Of a DNA stretch of 64,000 bases, positions 25,301-36,918 are shown in pieces. This stretch comes from Squalus acanthias. Its lineage: Eukaryota. The translations under genes were made by a program, and so were the position numbers. The DNA is taken from NCBI GenBank assembly GCA_030390025.1, contig JASTWF010000033.1, positions 124,001 to 188,000 on the forward strand, written 5' to 3'. Position 1 is the stretch's first letter; each line of letters opens with the position of its first letter. Under the pieces are notes generated by a model. That model saw nothing but the letters and a program-made list of their open reading frames with translations, had not been told where the DNA came from and made no database searches.

Positions 25301-28300
25301 AGTGTCCAGGTCCAATTCAGCAGAGCTACATTCAGACTGGACAGGTCCAGTAAGCACAGTTACATTCAAAGTATCCAGGTCCAATTCACAAAGTTACATT
25401 CAGTGTGGACAGGTCCAGTTCAGCACGGTTACATACAAAGTGTCCAGGTCCAATTCAGCAGAGTTACATTCAGAGTGAACAGGTCCAGTTCAGCACGGTT
25501 ACATTCAAAGTGTCCAGTTCCAATTCAGCAGAGCTACATTCAGACTGGACAGGTCCAGTTCAGCAGGGTTACATTTATTGTGGACAGTTCCGCGTGCGGA
25601 GAGTTATATTCAGTGTGGACAGGACCAGTGTAACATGGATACATTCAAAGTGTCCAGGTCAAATACATCAGAGTTACATTGAGTGTAGACAGTTCCAGTC
25701 CAGCAAAGGTACATTCAGTGTGGACAGGGCCAGTACAGCACAGTTACATTCAGAGAGGACAGGTCCAGTTCAGCAGGGTTACATTTATTGTGGACAGGTC
25801 CAGTTCAGCACAGTTACATTCAGTGTGGACAGTTCCACTCCAGCATGGTTACATTCAGTGTGGACAGGTTCAGCTCAGCACAGTTACATTCAGTGTGGAC
25901 AGGTTCAGCTCAGCACAGTTACATTCAGTGTGGACAGGTCTAGTACAGAAAAGTTACATTCAGTGTGGACAGTTCCACTCCAGCATGGTTACATTCAGTG
26001 TGGACAGGTTCAGCTCAGCACAGTTACATTCAGTGTTGACAGATCCAGTTCAGCACAGATACAATCTGTGAGGACAGGTCCAGTTCAGCACATTTATATT
26101 CTGAGAGGACAGGTCCAGTTCAGCACGGTGACATTCATTGTGGACAGGTCCCGTTCAGCACAGTTACATTCAGTGTGGAATGGACCATTTCAGCACATTT
26201 ACATTCAGTGTGGACAGGTCCAGTACAGCACAGTTACTTTCAATGTAGACAGGTCCAGCTCAGCACAGTTACATTCATTGTGGACAGTTCCAGCTCCGCA
26301 CAGTTACAATCTGTGAGGACAGGTCCTGTATAGCACAGTTACATTCAATGTGGACAGGTCCAGCTCAGCACAGTTACATTCAGTGTGTACAGGTCCAGTA
26401 CAGCACAGTTACATTCAGTGTGGACAGGTCCAGTACAGCACAGTTACATTCAGTGTGGACAGGTCCAGTACAGCAAAGTTACATTCAGTGTGGACAGGTC
26501 CAGTACAGCACAGTTACTTTCAATGTAGACAGGTCCAGCTCAGCACAGTTACATTCATTGTGGACAGTTCCAGCTCCGCACAGTTACAATCTGTGAGGAC
26601 AGGTCCTGTATAGCACAGTTACATTCAATGTGGACAGGTCCAGCTCAGCACAGTTACATTCAGTGTGTACAGGTCCAGTACAGCACAGTTACATTCAGTG
26701 TGGACAGGTCCAGTACAGCACACTTATATTCAGTGTGGACAGGTCCAGTACAGGAAAGATACATTCAGTGTGGACAGATCCAGTTCCGCACAGTTACAAT
26801 CAGTGAGGACAGGTTCAGTTCAGCACAGTTAAATTCAGTGTTAACAGATCCAGTTCAGCATAGTTACAATCTGTGAGGACAGGTCCAGTTCAGCACAGTT
26901 ACATTCTGAAAGGACAGGTCCAGTTTAGCATGATGACATTCATTTTGGACAGGTCCAGTTCAGCTCAGTTACATTCAGTGTTGGCAGTTCCAATTCAGCA
27001 CGGTTACATTCAGTGTGGACAGGACCAGATCAGCACGGTTACATTCAAAGTGTCCCGGTCCAATTCAGCAGAGTTACATTCAGTGTCGACAGGTCCAGTT
27101 CAGCACGGATACCTTCATTGTGGACAGGACCAGTTCAGCACGGTTACCTTCAAAGTGTCCCGGTCCAATTCAGCAGAGTTACATTCAGTGTGGACAGGTC
27201 CAGTTCAGCACAGTTACATTCAGTGTGGACAGTTCCAGTTCAGCAGGGTTACATTTATTGTGGACAGTTCCGCGTGCGGAGAGTTATATTCAGTGTGGAC
27301 AGGACCAGTGTAACATGGATACATTCAAAGTGTCCAGGTCAAATACATCAGAGTTACATTGAGTGTAGACAGTTCCAGTCCAGCAAAGGTACATTCAGTG
27401 TGGACAGGGCCAGTACAGCACAGTTACATTCAGAGAGGACAGGTCCAGTTCAGCAGGGTTACATTTATTGTGGACAGGTCCAGTTCAGCACAGTTACATT
27501 CAGTGTGGACAGTTCCACTCCAGCATGGTTACATTCAGTGTGGACAGGTTCAGCTCAGCACAGTTACATTCAGTGTGGACAGGTTCAGCTCAGCACAGTT
27601 ACATTCAGTGTGGACAGGTCTAGTACAGAAAAGTTACATTCAGTGTGGACAGTTCCACTCCAGCATGGTTACATTCAGTGTGGACAGGTTCAGCTCAGCA
27701 CAGTTACATTCAGTGTTGACAGATCCAGTTCAGCACAGATACAATCTGTGAGGACAGGTCCAGTTCAGCACATTTATATTCTGAGAGGACAGGTCCAGTT
27801 CAGCACGGTGACATTCATTGTGGACAGGTCCCGTTCAGCACAGTTACATTCAGTGTGGAATGGACCATTTCAGCACATTTACATTCAGTGTGGACAGGTC
27901 CAGTACAGCACAGTTACTTTCAATGTAGACAGGTCCAGCTCAGCACAGTTACATTCATTGTGGACAGTTCCAGCTCCGCACAGTTACAATCTGTGAGGAC
28001 AGGTCCTGTATAGCACAGTTACATTCAATGTGGACAGGTCCAGCTCAGCACAGTTACATTCAGTGTGTACAGGTCCAGTACAGCACAGTTACATTCAGTG
28101 TGGACAGGTCCAGTACAGCACAGTTACATTCAGTGTGGACAGGTCCAGTACAGCAAAGTTACATTCAGTGTGGACAGGTCCAGTACAGCACAGTTACTTT
28201 CAATGTAGACAGGTCCAGCTCAGCACAGTTACATTCATTGTGGACAGTTCCAGCTCCGCACAGTTACAATCTGTGAGGACAGGTCCTGTATAGCACAGTT

Positions 28301-29930
28301 ACATTCAATGTGGACAGGTCCAGCTCAGCACAGTTACATTCAGTGTGTACAGGTCCAGTACAGCACAGTTACATTCAGTGTGGACAGGTCCAGTACAGCA
28401 CACTTATATTCAGTGTGGACAGGTCCAGTACAGGAAAGATACATTCAGTGTGGACAGATCCAGTTCCGCACAGTTACAATCAGTGAGGACAGGTTCAGTT
28501 CAGCACAGTTAAATTCAGTGTTAACAGATCCAGTTCAGCATAGTTACAATCTGTGAGGACAGGTCCAGTTCAGCACAGTTACATTCTGAAAGGACAGGTC
28601 CAGTTTAGCATGATGACATTCATTTTGGACAGGTCCAGTTCAGCTCAGTTACATTCAGTGTTGGCAGTTCCAATTCAGCACGGTTACATTCAGTGTGGAC
28701 AGGACCAGATCAGCACGGTTACATTCAAAGTGTCCCGGTCCAATTCAGCAGAGTTACATTCAGTGTCGACAGGTCCAGTTCAGCACGGATACCTTCATTG
28801 TGGACAGGACCAGTTCAGCACGGTTACCTTCAAAGTGTCCCGGTCCAATTCAGCAGAGTTACATTCAGTGTGGACAGGTCCAGTTCAGCACAGTTACATT
28901 CAGTGTGGACAGGTCCAGTTCAGCACAGTTAAATTCAGTGTGGACAGGTCTCCTTTCGCGCTGTTGCATTCAGTGTGGACAGGTCCAGTTCAGCACGGTT
29001 ACATTCAAAGTGTCCAGTTCCAATACAGCAGAGTTACATTGAGTGTAGATAGTTCCAGTCCAGCATGGCTACATTCAGTGTGGACAGGTCCAGTATAGCT
29101 CGTTACATTCAGTATGGTCATGTCCAGTATAGCACAGTTACATTCAATGTGGACAGGTACAATACAGCACAGTTACATTCAGTGTGGACAGAATCAGTAC
29201 AGCAAAGTTGCATTCAGTGTGGACAGGTCCAGTTCCGCACAGTTACATTCAGTGTGGACAGATCCAGTACAGCACAGTTACATTCAGTGTGGACAGGTAC
29301 AATACAGCACAGTTACATTCAGTGTGGACAGGTTCAGTTCAGCACAGTTAAATTCAGTGAGGACAGATCCAGTTCAGCACAGTTACAATCTGTGAGGACA
29401 GGTCCATTTCAGCACAGTTACATCCTGCGAGGTCAAGTCCAGTTCAACACAGTTACTTTCAGTGTGGACTGGGCCATTTCAGCACAGATACATTCAGTAT
29501 GGACCGGTTCAGTACAGCACAGTTATATTCAGTGTGGACTGATTCAGTTCAGCACAATTATGTTCAGTGTTGACAGGTTCAGTTCAGCACGGTTACATTC
29601 AGTGTGGCCAGGACCAGTTCAGCACAGTTACATTCAGTGTGGACGGGTCCAGTTCAGCACATTTACATTCAGTGTGGACAGGTCCAGTTCCGCAGATTTA
29701 CATTCAGTGTGGACGGGTCCCGTACAGCACACTTACATTCAGTGTGGACGGGTCCAGTTCCACACAGTTACATTCAGTGTGGACAGGTCCAGTTCCACAC
29801 AGTTACATTCAGTGTGGACAGATCCAGTTCAGCACAGTTATATTCATTGTGCGCATGTCTAGTTGAGCAGAGTTGCATTCAGTGTGCACAGGTCCAATTC
29901 AGCAGGGTTTCATTCAGTGTGTACAGGTCC
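19318..29930. repeat. 35-bp tandem satellite (cagtgtggacaggtccagtacagcacagttacatt)n, about 300 units, with higher-order repeats
   Basis: 35-bp register across about 10.6 kb. Block duplications occur at offsets of 280, 1575 and 1680 bp, all multiples of 35. Confidence 0.98.
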
Positions 29931-32900
29931 TCAGTCCTCCGGCACCACGCCTGAAGCCAGAAAGGATTGAAAACTGATGTCAGGGCCTCTGCTATGTCCT
30001 CTTGTGCTTCACTTAACAGCCGGGGATACATTCCATCCGGGCCTGGGGATTTTTTCCAATTTTACAGCTGCTAAACCCATTAATACTTCCTCTTTCACTC
30101 TGTTTACATATAAACATAGAAACATAGAAGATGGGAGCAGAAGTAGGCCATTCGGCCCCTCGAGCCTGCTCCGCCATTGAATGCGATCATGGCTGATCAG
30201 CCAAATTCAGTACCCTGTCCCTGCTTTCTCCACATATCCCTTGGTCCCTTTAGCCTTAAGAAATATATCTAACTCCTTCTTTGATATATTTAATGAATTG
30301 GCCTCAACTGCCTTCTGTGGTAGAGAATTCTAAAGGTTCACCACTCTCTGGGTGAAGAAATTCATCCTCATTTCAGTCCTAAATGGCTTACCCCTTATCC
30401 TTAGACTGTGACCTCTGGTTCTGGACTCCCCGCAATCGGGAACATCCTTCCTGCATCTAGTCTGTCTATTCCTGTTAGAATTTTATAAGTTTCAATGAGA
30501 TCCCCTCTCATTCTTCTAAACTCTAGTCAATATAAGCCTAATCAACCCTATCTCTCTTCATAGGTCATTCCTGCCATCCCAGGTATCAGTCTGGTGAATC
30601 TTCGCTGCACTCCCTCCATGGCAAGAACATCGTTTCTCAGATAAGACGGCCAAAACTGCACACAATACTCAAGGTGTGGTCTCACCAAGGACCTGTACAA
30701 CTGCAGCAAGACATCCTTGCTCCTGTACTCGAATCCTCTCGCTATGAAGGCCAACATACCATTTGCCTTCTTAACCGCCTGCTGCACCTGCATACTTACC
30801 TTCAGCGACGGTTCACATCTAATATTTCACACTCCTCCTCCCTGATAGCAATGTCTGCTTGGCCCATCTTCTTTGTGAAAACAGACGCAAAGTATTCATT
30901 AAGAACCCTACCGACGTCTCCCGCCTCCACACACAGATTACCCTCATGACCTCTAATTGGCCCTACCCTTTCTTTAGTTATCCTCTTACTCTTAATATAT
31001 TTATAAAACATCTTTGGGTTTTCCTTGATTTTACTTTGCAAGAATGTTTCATGCTCTCTCTTTGCTTTCCTAATATACTGTTAAATTGCACCCCTGAACT
31101 TTCTGTACGCCTCTAAAGATTCTGCAGTATTTAGCCTGGGTATGTCATACGTCTCCCTTTTTTTCTTTATCCTACCCTGTATGTCACTAGACATCCAGTG
31201 GGCTCTAGATTTGTTAGTCCCACCTTTTCTCTGTAAGGGCACATTTTTGTTCTGAACCCTCCGGTCACCTCCTTGAATGCCTCCCACTGCTCTGACACTG
31301 ATTTACCTTCAAGTACTGTTTCCAGTCCACTATGGCTAAATCCCCTCTGAGCTGAGTAAAATTTGCTTTTCCCCAATTTAGAATTTTTATTCCTGGTCTA
31401 TCATTGTCCTTTTCCATAACAACCTTAAATGCAGCAGAATTATGGTCTCTACCGCCAAAATGCTCCCCCACTGATACGCAATCTACCTGCCCAGCTTCAT
31501 TCCCTAAAACTAAGTCCAGAACCGCCCCCTCCCTTGTTGGCCTTGCTACATACTGGCTAAAAAAGTTCCCCTGGATGTATTTTATGAATTCCGTACCCTC
31601 TATACCCTTCACACTAACTTTATCCCAGTTAATATTCGAGTACTTGAAATCCCCTACTATAACTGCCCTATAATTGTTGCACTTCTCTGAAATGTGTCTG
31701 CATATTTGCTCTTCTATCTCCCTCTCACTGTTTGGGGCTCTATAGTACACTCCCAACAGAAACGGCTGTCTGCTTCCCTCACAATTGAATCCCCTACCAC
31801 TATTGCTCTTCCACTATTTTTCCTCCCCCATGTGCATCGGAGAGACATGCCCCTTTTTGGTTTTTCAATTCGACCCATATGCTCTCGTTTGATGATCCCT
31901 CCAACATATCATCCGTCCTCAAAGCTATAATAGTTTCTTTAATCAATACCGCGACCCTTCCCCTGCCTTTTTACCTCCCTTCCTATCCCGTCTCTAAATC
32001 CTCTAACCAGGAATGGTGAGCTGCCAAAACTGCCCCTCTTTCAGCCACGTCTCTGTAATAACTATAATATCATAGTCCCAAGTATCTACCTGTGCCCTCA
32101 GCTCATCAGCATTGTTCGCTATACTCCTTGCATTGAAGTAGAAACCATTTAGTACAGGCAAATCTCGTTGTTGACTACTATCTAGCCCTTCACTCCTCTG
32201 TCCTTCCAATTTACTTTCTACGTTTTTGTTTTCCAATTCCAGTTTTTCTTCCCTCCCTACTGACTCTATTTTTAGGTTCCCAACCCCCTGCCAAGCTTGT
32301 TTAAACCCTCCCCAACAGCACTAGCAACATCCACACCCCGCCCCCCCCTCCCCACGCGAGGATCTTACTCCAGCTCTGTTGAGGTGCAAACCTTCCGCTT
32401 TGTACAGGTCCCACCTCCCCCATAAACGGTCCCAATACCTTCGGAATCTAAAGCGCTCCCTCCTGCAACATCCTTCCAGCCACGCCTGCATCTGTTCCTA
32501 TTTCTGGACTCACTTGCACGTGGCACCAAGAGTAATCCGGAGATTACCACCTTTGAGGCCCTGTTTTTTAATCTGATTCCTAGCTCCCTAAACTCTGCCT
32601 GCAGGACCTCATCCCTCTTTCTACCTATGTAATTGGTACCGATATGGACAACAACATCTGGCTGTTCACCCTCTACCCCAGAATGTTCTGCAGCCGTTCG
32701 GTGACTTCATTGAGCCTGGCACCAGGGAGGCAACATACCATCCTGGAGTCAAGTCTGCGGCCGCAGAAACGTCTGTCTGCTCCCCGCACTATTGAATCCA
32801 CTACCACTGTTGCTCTTTCACTATTTTTCCTCCCCCCCGCTGTGCAGGGGAGCCACCCGTGATGCCGAGGACTTGGCTCTGACTGCACTCCTCAGAGGGA

Positions 32901-33530
32901 ACCATCGCCCCCACAAGTACTCAGAATAGAACAGCGGTTGGAGAGCGAGATGCCCTCCGGGGCCTCCTGCACTGCCTGCATGGTCTTCTTCTGTCTGATG
33001 GTCACCCACTTCCTCTCTGTCCGCTCTCTCTTAGGCTGCGGAGTGACAACCTCAGTAAACGTGCTATCCACCTAGTTCTGAGCCTCACGGATGCACCACA
33101 GTGAATCCAGTCGCCGCTTATGCTCCGTAAACCGTCGATCGATTCGTTGCAGCTCTTGACACTTACTGCACATGTAGTCATCCATGCAACGTGAAGCGTC
33201 CATGACTTTGCACATGCCACACGGTGTGCACTCCGCTAGAGTGAGCTGCGCTGCCATTCCTATCATCTCTTTATCGAACAGGCTATTTAAAAAACTAAGA
33301 ACTAACTTAACAGAATAAGGGTTAAACTTAATTAACCCGGTGAGTCTGGGCCTCGCTCTCTCTGCCGCTCCTTACACACCCCGCTGTCGGTCAGGCTCCT
33401 CCCAGGGCCGCTCTCGCTCTGTTGCAGCCGGTGAGTCTTCCTTCCACTTCCCTCTCGGAACTTCAGCTCCTCCCAATCTCGAGTGTCTGTATCGATTCCC
33501 GCAGCAAATCCCGCTCGCGCATTTACCCTG
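29931..33530 (-). mobile_element. Degenerate CR1 LINE with 5' UTR, ORF1 (zinc finger + esterase) and ORF2 EN, truncated in RT by the satellite
   Basis: ORF1 MAAQLTLAECTPC...CSKCQEL (CxxC..CxxC), VVVDSIVRG and CCLPGAR. ORF2 FYFNARSIAN, ITETWLKEG, VGDFKY and KSPGPDGMYPRLL up to 29931. Confidence 0.9.
30110..30810 (-). mobile_element. 5'-truncated CR1 nested in the previous CR1, with an imperfect 8-bp target-site duplication
   Basis: ORF 30548..30793 MQVQQAVKKANGMLAFIARG; tail (tatgtttc)n; flanks gtttacat (30102-30109) and gttcacat (30811-30818). The host reads ILDVNR|VKEEVL across the insertion. Confidence 0.9.
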
Positions 33531-33535
33531 TCAGC

Positions 33536-33868
33536 TCTCAGCTGTGGTTCAGTGGGCAGCACTCTCGCCTCTGAGTCATAACGTTGTGGGTTCAACTCCC
33601 ACTCCAGAAACATGTGCACGAAAATCTAGGCTGACACTCTAGTGCAGTGCTGAGGGAGTGCTGCACTGTCGGAGGTGCATTCTTTGGGATGAGAGTTTAA
33701 GCCGAATCACCGTCTGCTCTCTCCAGTGGACGTATAAGATCCCACGGCACTATTTCGAAGAAGAGCAGGGGAGTCATCCCCGGTGTACCGACCAAAATGT
33801 ATCCCTCAATCAACATTTGAAACCGAGATTATTTGGTCATTAACCCATTGCTGTTTGTGAAAGATTCT
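33536..33868 (+). mobile_element. tRNA-headed DeuSINE, SacSINE1-like
   Basis: A box tggttcagtggg and B box gggttcaactccc, then a Deu-domain-like stretch cagtgctgagggagtgctgcactgtcggaggtgc...gatcccacggcactatttcgaagaagagcagggg. Family recognised from memory, not searched. Confidence 0.85.
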
Positions 33869-33992
33869 TCGTCCAGCACAGCACGGGAAGGCGAATCGGT
33901 GACACTTAATTGTAGTCTTACAATAACAGATACAAACCCTGAGCTTTTCTGGCACCGGCAGCTGCCGGTCGGGCTTCGGTAAAAGCTGAGTG

Positions 33993-34360
33993 CAGCTGAG
34001 AGTTTCTGAGGCGGGGGTGTCAGGTGGCTCCATGTATCACTGCGCTCTGAGACCCACAGCTGAGAGTTTCTGGGGCGGGGGTGTCAGGTGGCTCCATGTA
34101 TCACTGCGCTCTGAGACCCACAGCTGAGAGTTTCTGGGGCGGAATTGTCAGGTGGCTCCATGTATCACTGCGCTCTGAGACCCACAGCTGAGAGTTTCTG
34201 GGGCGGGGGTGTCAGGTGGCTCCATGTATCACTGCGCTCTGAGACCCACAGCTGAGAGTTTCTGGGGCGGGGCTGTCAGGTGGCGCCATGTATCACTGCG
34301 CTCTTAGACCCACAGCTGAGAGTTTCTGGGAGCTGTCAGGTGGCGCCATGTATCACCATG
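33993..34360. repeat. 64-bp minisatellite, about 5.7 units
   Basis: cagctgagagtttc starts at 33993, 34057, 34121, 34185, 34249 and 34313. Confidence 0.96.
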
Positions 34361-36323
34361 AGAACTTCAAAACTCAGCAGAGGAGGACGAAGGGTTTGAT
34401 TAGGGCAGGGAAAATAAAATATGAAAGGAAGCTTGCAGAGAACATTAAAATGGACTGCAAAAGCTTCTATAAATATGTAAAAAGAAAGAGGTTAGTAAAA
34501 ACAAACGTAGGTCCCCTGCAGTCGGAAACAGGGGAAGTCGTAATGGGGAACAAGGAAATGGCTGATCAATTGAACAAGTACTTTGGTTCGGTGTTTACTG
34601 TGGAGGACACACACAACCTGCCGGAAATAAAAGGGGTCAGAGGATCTGGTAAGAGGGAGGAGCTGAGGGAAATCCTTATTAGTCGGGAAAAGGTATTGGG
34701 GAAATTGATGGGACTGAAGGCTGAAAAATCCCCGGGGCCTGATGGTCTGCATCCCAGAGTACTTAAGGAGGTGGCCTTGGAAATAGTGGATGCATTGACG
34801 ATCATTTTCCAACATTCCTTAGACTCTGGATCAGTTCCGATGGAGTGGAGGGTGGCCAATGTAACCCCTCTTTTTAAAAAAGGAGGGAGGGAGAAAGCAG
34901 GGAATTATAGACCGGTCAGCCTGACATCGGTCGTGGGTAAAATGATGGAAGCAATTATTAAAGATGTCATAACAGACCATTTGGAAAGTGGCGACATGAT
35001 AGGTCCAAGTCAGCATGGATTTGTGAAAGGGAAATCATGTTTGACAAATCTTCTGGAATTTTTTGAGGATGTTTCCAATAGGGTGGACAGGGGGGAACCA
35101 GTAGATGTGGTGTACCTGGACTTCCAAAAGGCCTTCGACAAGGTCCCACATAAAAGATTAGCATGGAAAATTGAAGCTCATGGGATAAAGGGGAAAGTAT
35201 TGACGTGGATAGAGAACTGGCTGTCAGATAGAAAACAGAGAGTTGGAATAAACGGCTCATTTTCTGAATGGCAGGCAGTAACAAGTGGGGTACCGCAGGG
35301 ATCTGTCCTGGGTCCCCAGCTGTTCACAATTTACATTAATGACCTGGATCAGGGAGTCGGATGCAGCATTTCCAAATTTGCAGACGACACTAAACTAGGA
35401 GGCGGGGGGGGGGGGGGGGCTCAGAGGAGGAGACCAGGAAGCTCCAGAGCGATTTGGACAGACTGGGTGATTGGGCAGATAAATGGCAGATGCACTATAA
35501 TGTGGACAAGTGCGAAGTTATCCACCTTGGGTGCAGGAACGGGAGGGCAAATTATTATTTAAATGGCAATAAATTGGGAGAGGAGGAAGTACAGAGAGAC
35601 CTGGGTGTTCTTGTACACCAGTCACTGAAGGCGAGCATGCAGGTGCAACAGGCGGTCAAGAAGGCAAACGCTATGCTGGCCTTCATAGCAAAAGGGTTGG
35701 AATACAGGAACAGGGATACCTTGCTGCAGCTGTACAGGGCACTGGTGAGACCACACCTCGAGTACTGTGTACAGTTTTGGTCGCCTCATCTGAGGAAAGA
35801 TGTTCTTGCCATGGAGGGGGTGCAGCGGCGATTCACCAGGCTGATACCAGGAATGGCGGGATTGACCTATGAGGAGAGACTATGTAGTTTAGGGATGTAC
35901 ACACTGGAGTTTAGAAGATTGAGAGGGGACCTCATAGAAGTGTATAAAATTCTGACAGGTCTAGACAGACTAGATGCAGAAGGAATGTTTCCCTTGGCGG
36001 GTGAGAACAGAACTAGAGGACATAATTTAAGGATAAGGACTAAACCATTTAGGACAGAAATGAGGGGGAATTTCTTCACTCAGAGGGTGGTGAACCTGTG
36101 GAACTCATTGCCACAGAGGGCAGTGTACGCCAGCTCATTAAATATATTTAAGAGGGAATTAGATATATTTCTACAGGCAAAAGGGGTTAAGGGTTACGGA
36201 GAGAAGGCGGGGACGGGATACTGAATTGGAGGATCAGCCATGATCTCATTAAATGGCGGAGCAGGCTCGAAGGGCCGGATGGCCTACTCCTGCTCCTATC
36301 TTCTATGTATCTATGTATCTATG
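34361..36323 (+). mobile_element. Young 5'-truncated CR1 LINE, single frameshift at a G run
   Basis: ORFs 34288..35562 and 35454..36224 together cover RT and the C-terminus. The tail is (tatgtatc)n. Confidence 0.96.
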
Positions 36324-36918
36324 CTAAACTTGTATCGAACCCTGGTTAGACCACACTTGGAGTATTGTGTACAGTTCTGGTCGCCGTATCATAAAAAAGC
36401 ATATCGAGGCACTGTGGAGGGTGCAGCGAAGATTTACAAGGATGATACCAGAAATGCGAGGGTATACCTGTCAGGAAAGGATGAACAGGTTATGTCTCTT
36501 TTCTCGTGAAAAAAGAAGGCTGAGGGGTGACCTAATAGAGGTCTTTTAAAGTATGAAAAATGTTGATAGAGATGATACAGAGAGAATGTTTCCACTTGTT
36601 GGGAAGAGCATAACTAGAGGCAATCAATATAAGATAGACACCAAGAAACCCAATACGAAATTCAGGGAAACTTCTTTGCCCAGAGAGTGTTGAGAATGTG
36701 GAACTCGCAACTACAGGGAGTGGTTGAAGCGAATAGTATAGATGCATTTAAGGGGCGGTTAGATAAGCATGTGAGGGAGAAGGGACTAGAGGGTTAAACA
36801 GATAGCGTTAGATGAGGAAAGACGGAAGGAGGCTCGAGTAGAGCATAAACGCCGGCATGGACTGGTTGGGCCGAATGGCCTGTTTTTGTGCCGTATGTCC
36901 TGTGTAATCCTATGTAAT
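36324..36918 (+). mobile_element. Older CR1 3' fragment of another subfamily
   Basis: LNLYRTLVRPHLEYCVQFWSP and RRLRGDLIEVF; 3' end gggccgaatggcctgtttttgtgccgtatgtcctgtgtaatcctatgtaat. Confidence 0.88.

Noticed and set aside
19318..29930. Many overlapping + strand ORFs (SVDRSSTAQLHSVWTGPVQHSYIQCGQVQYSTVTF repeats) suggesting a repetitive protein, or a CRISPR-like array
   Set aside because: The 35-bp consensus has no stop triplet on the + strand, so all three frames open by chance and are broken at random. There are no unique spacers or cas genes, and the DNA is vertebrate.
19318..29930. REST/RE1 half-sites TTCAGCAC and GGACAG in the satellite unit
   Set aside because: Spacing and order do not match the canonical RE1 site.
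33536..33610. tRNA gene (A and B boxes present)
   Set aside because: It continues directly into a DeuSINE body and has no intact cloverleaf.
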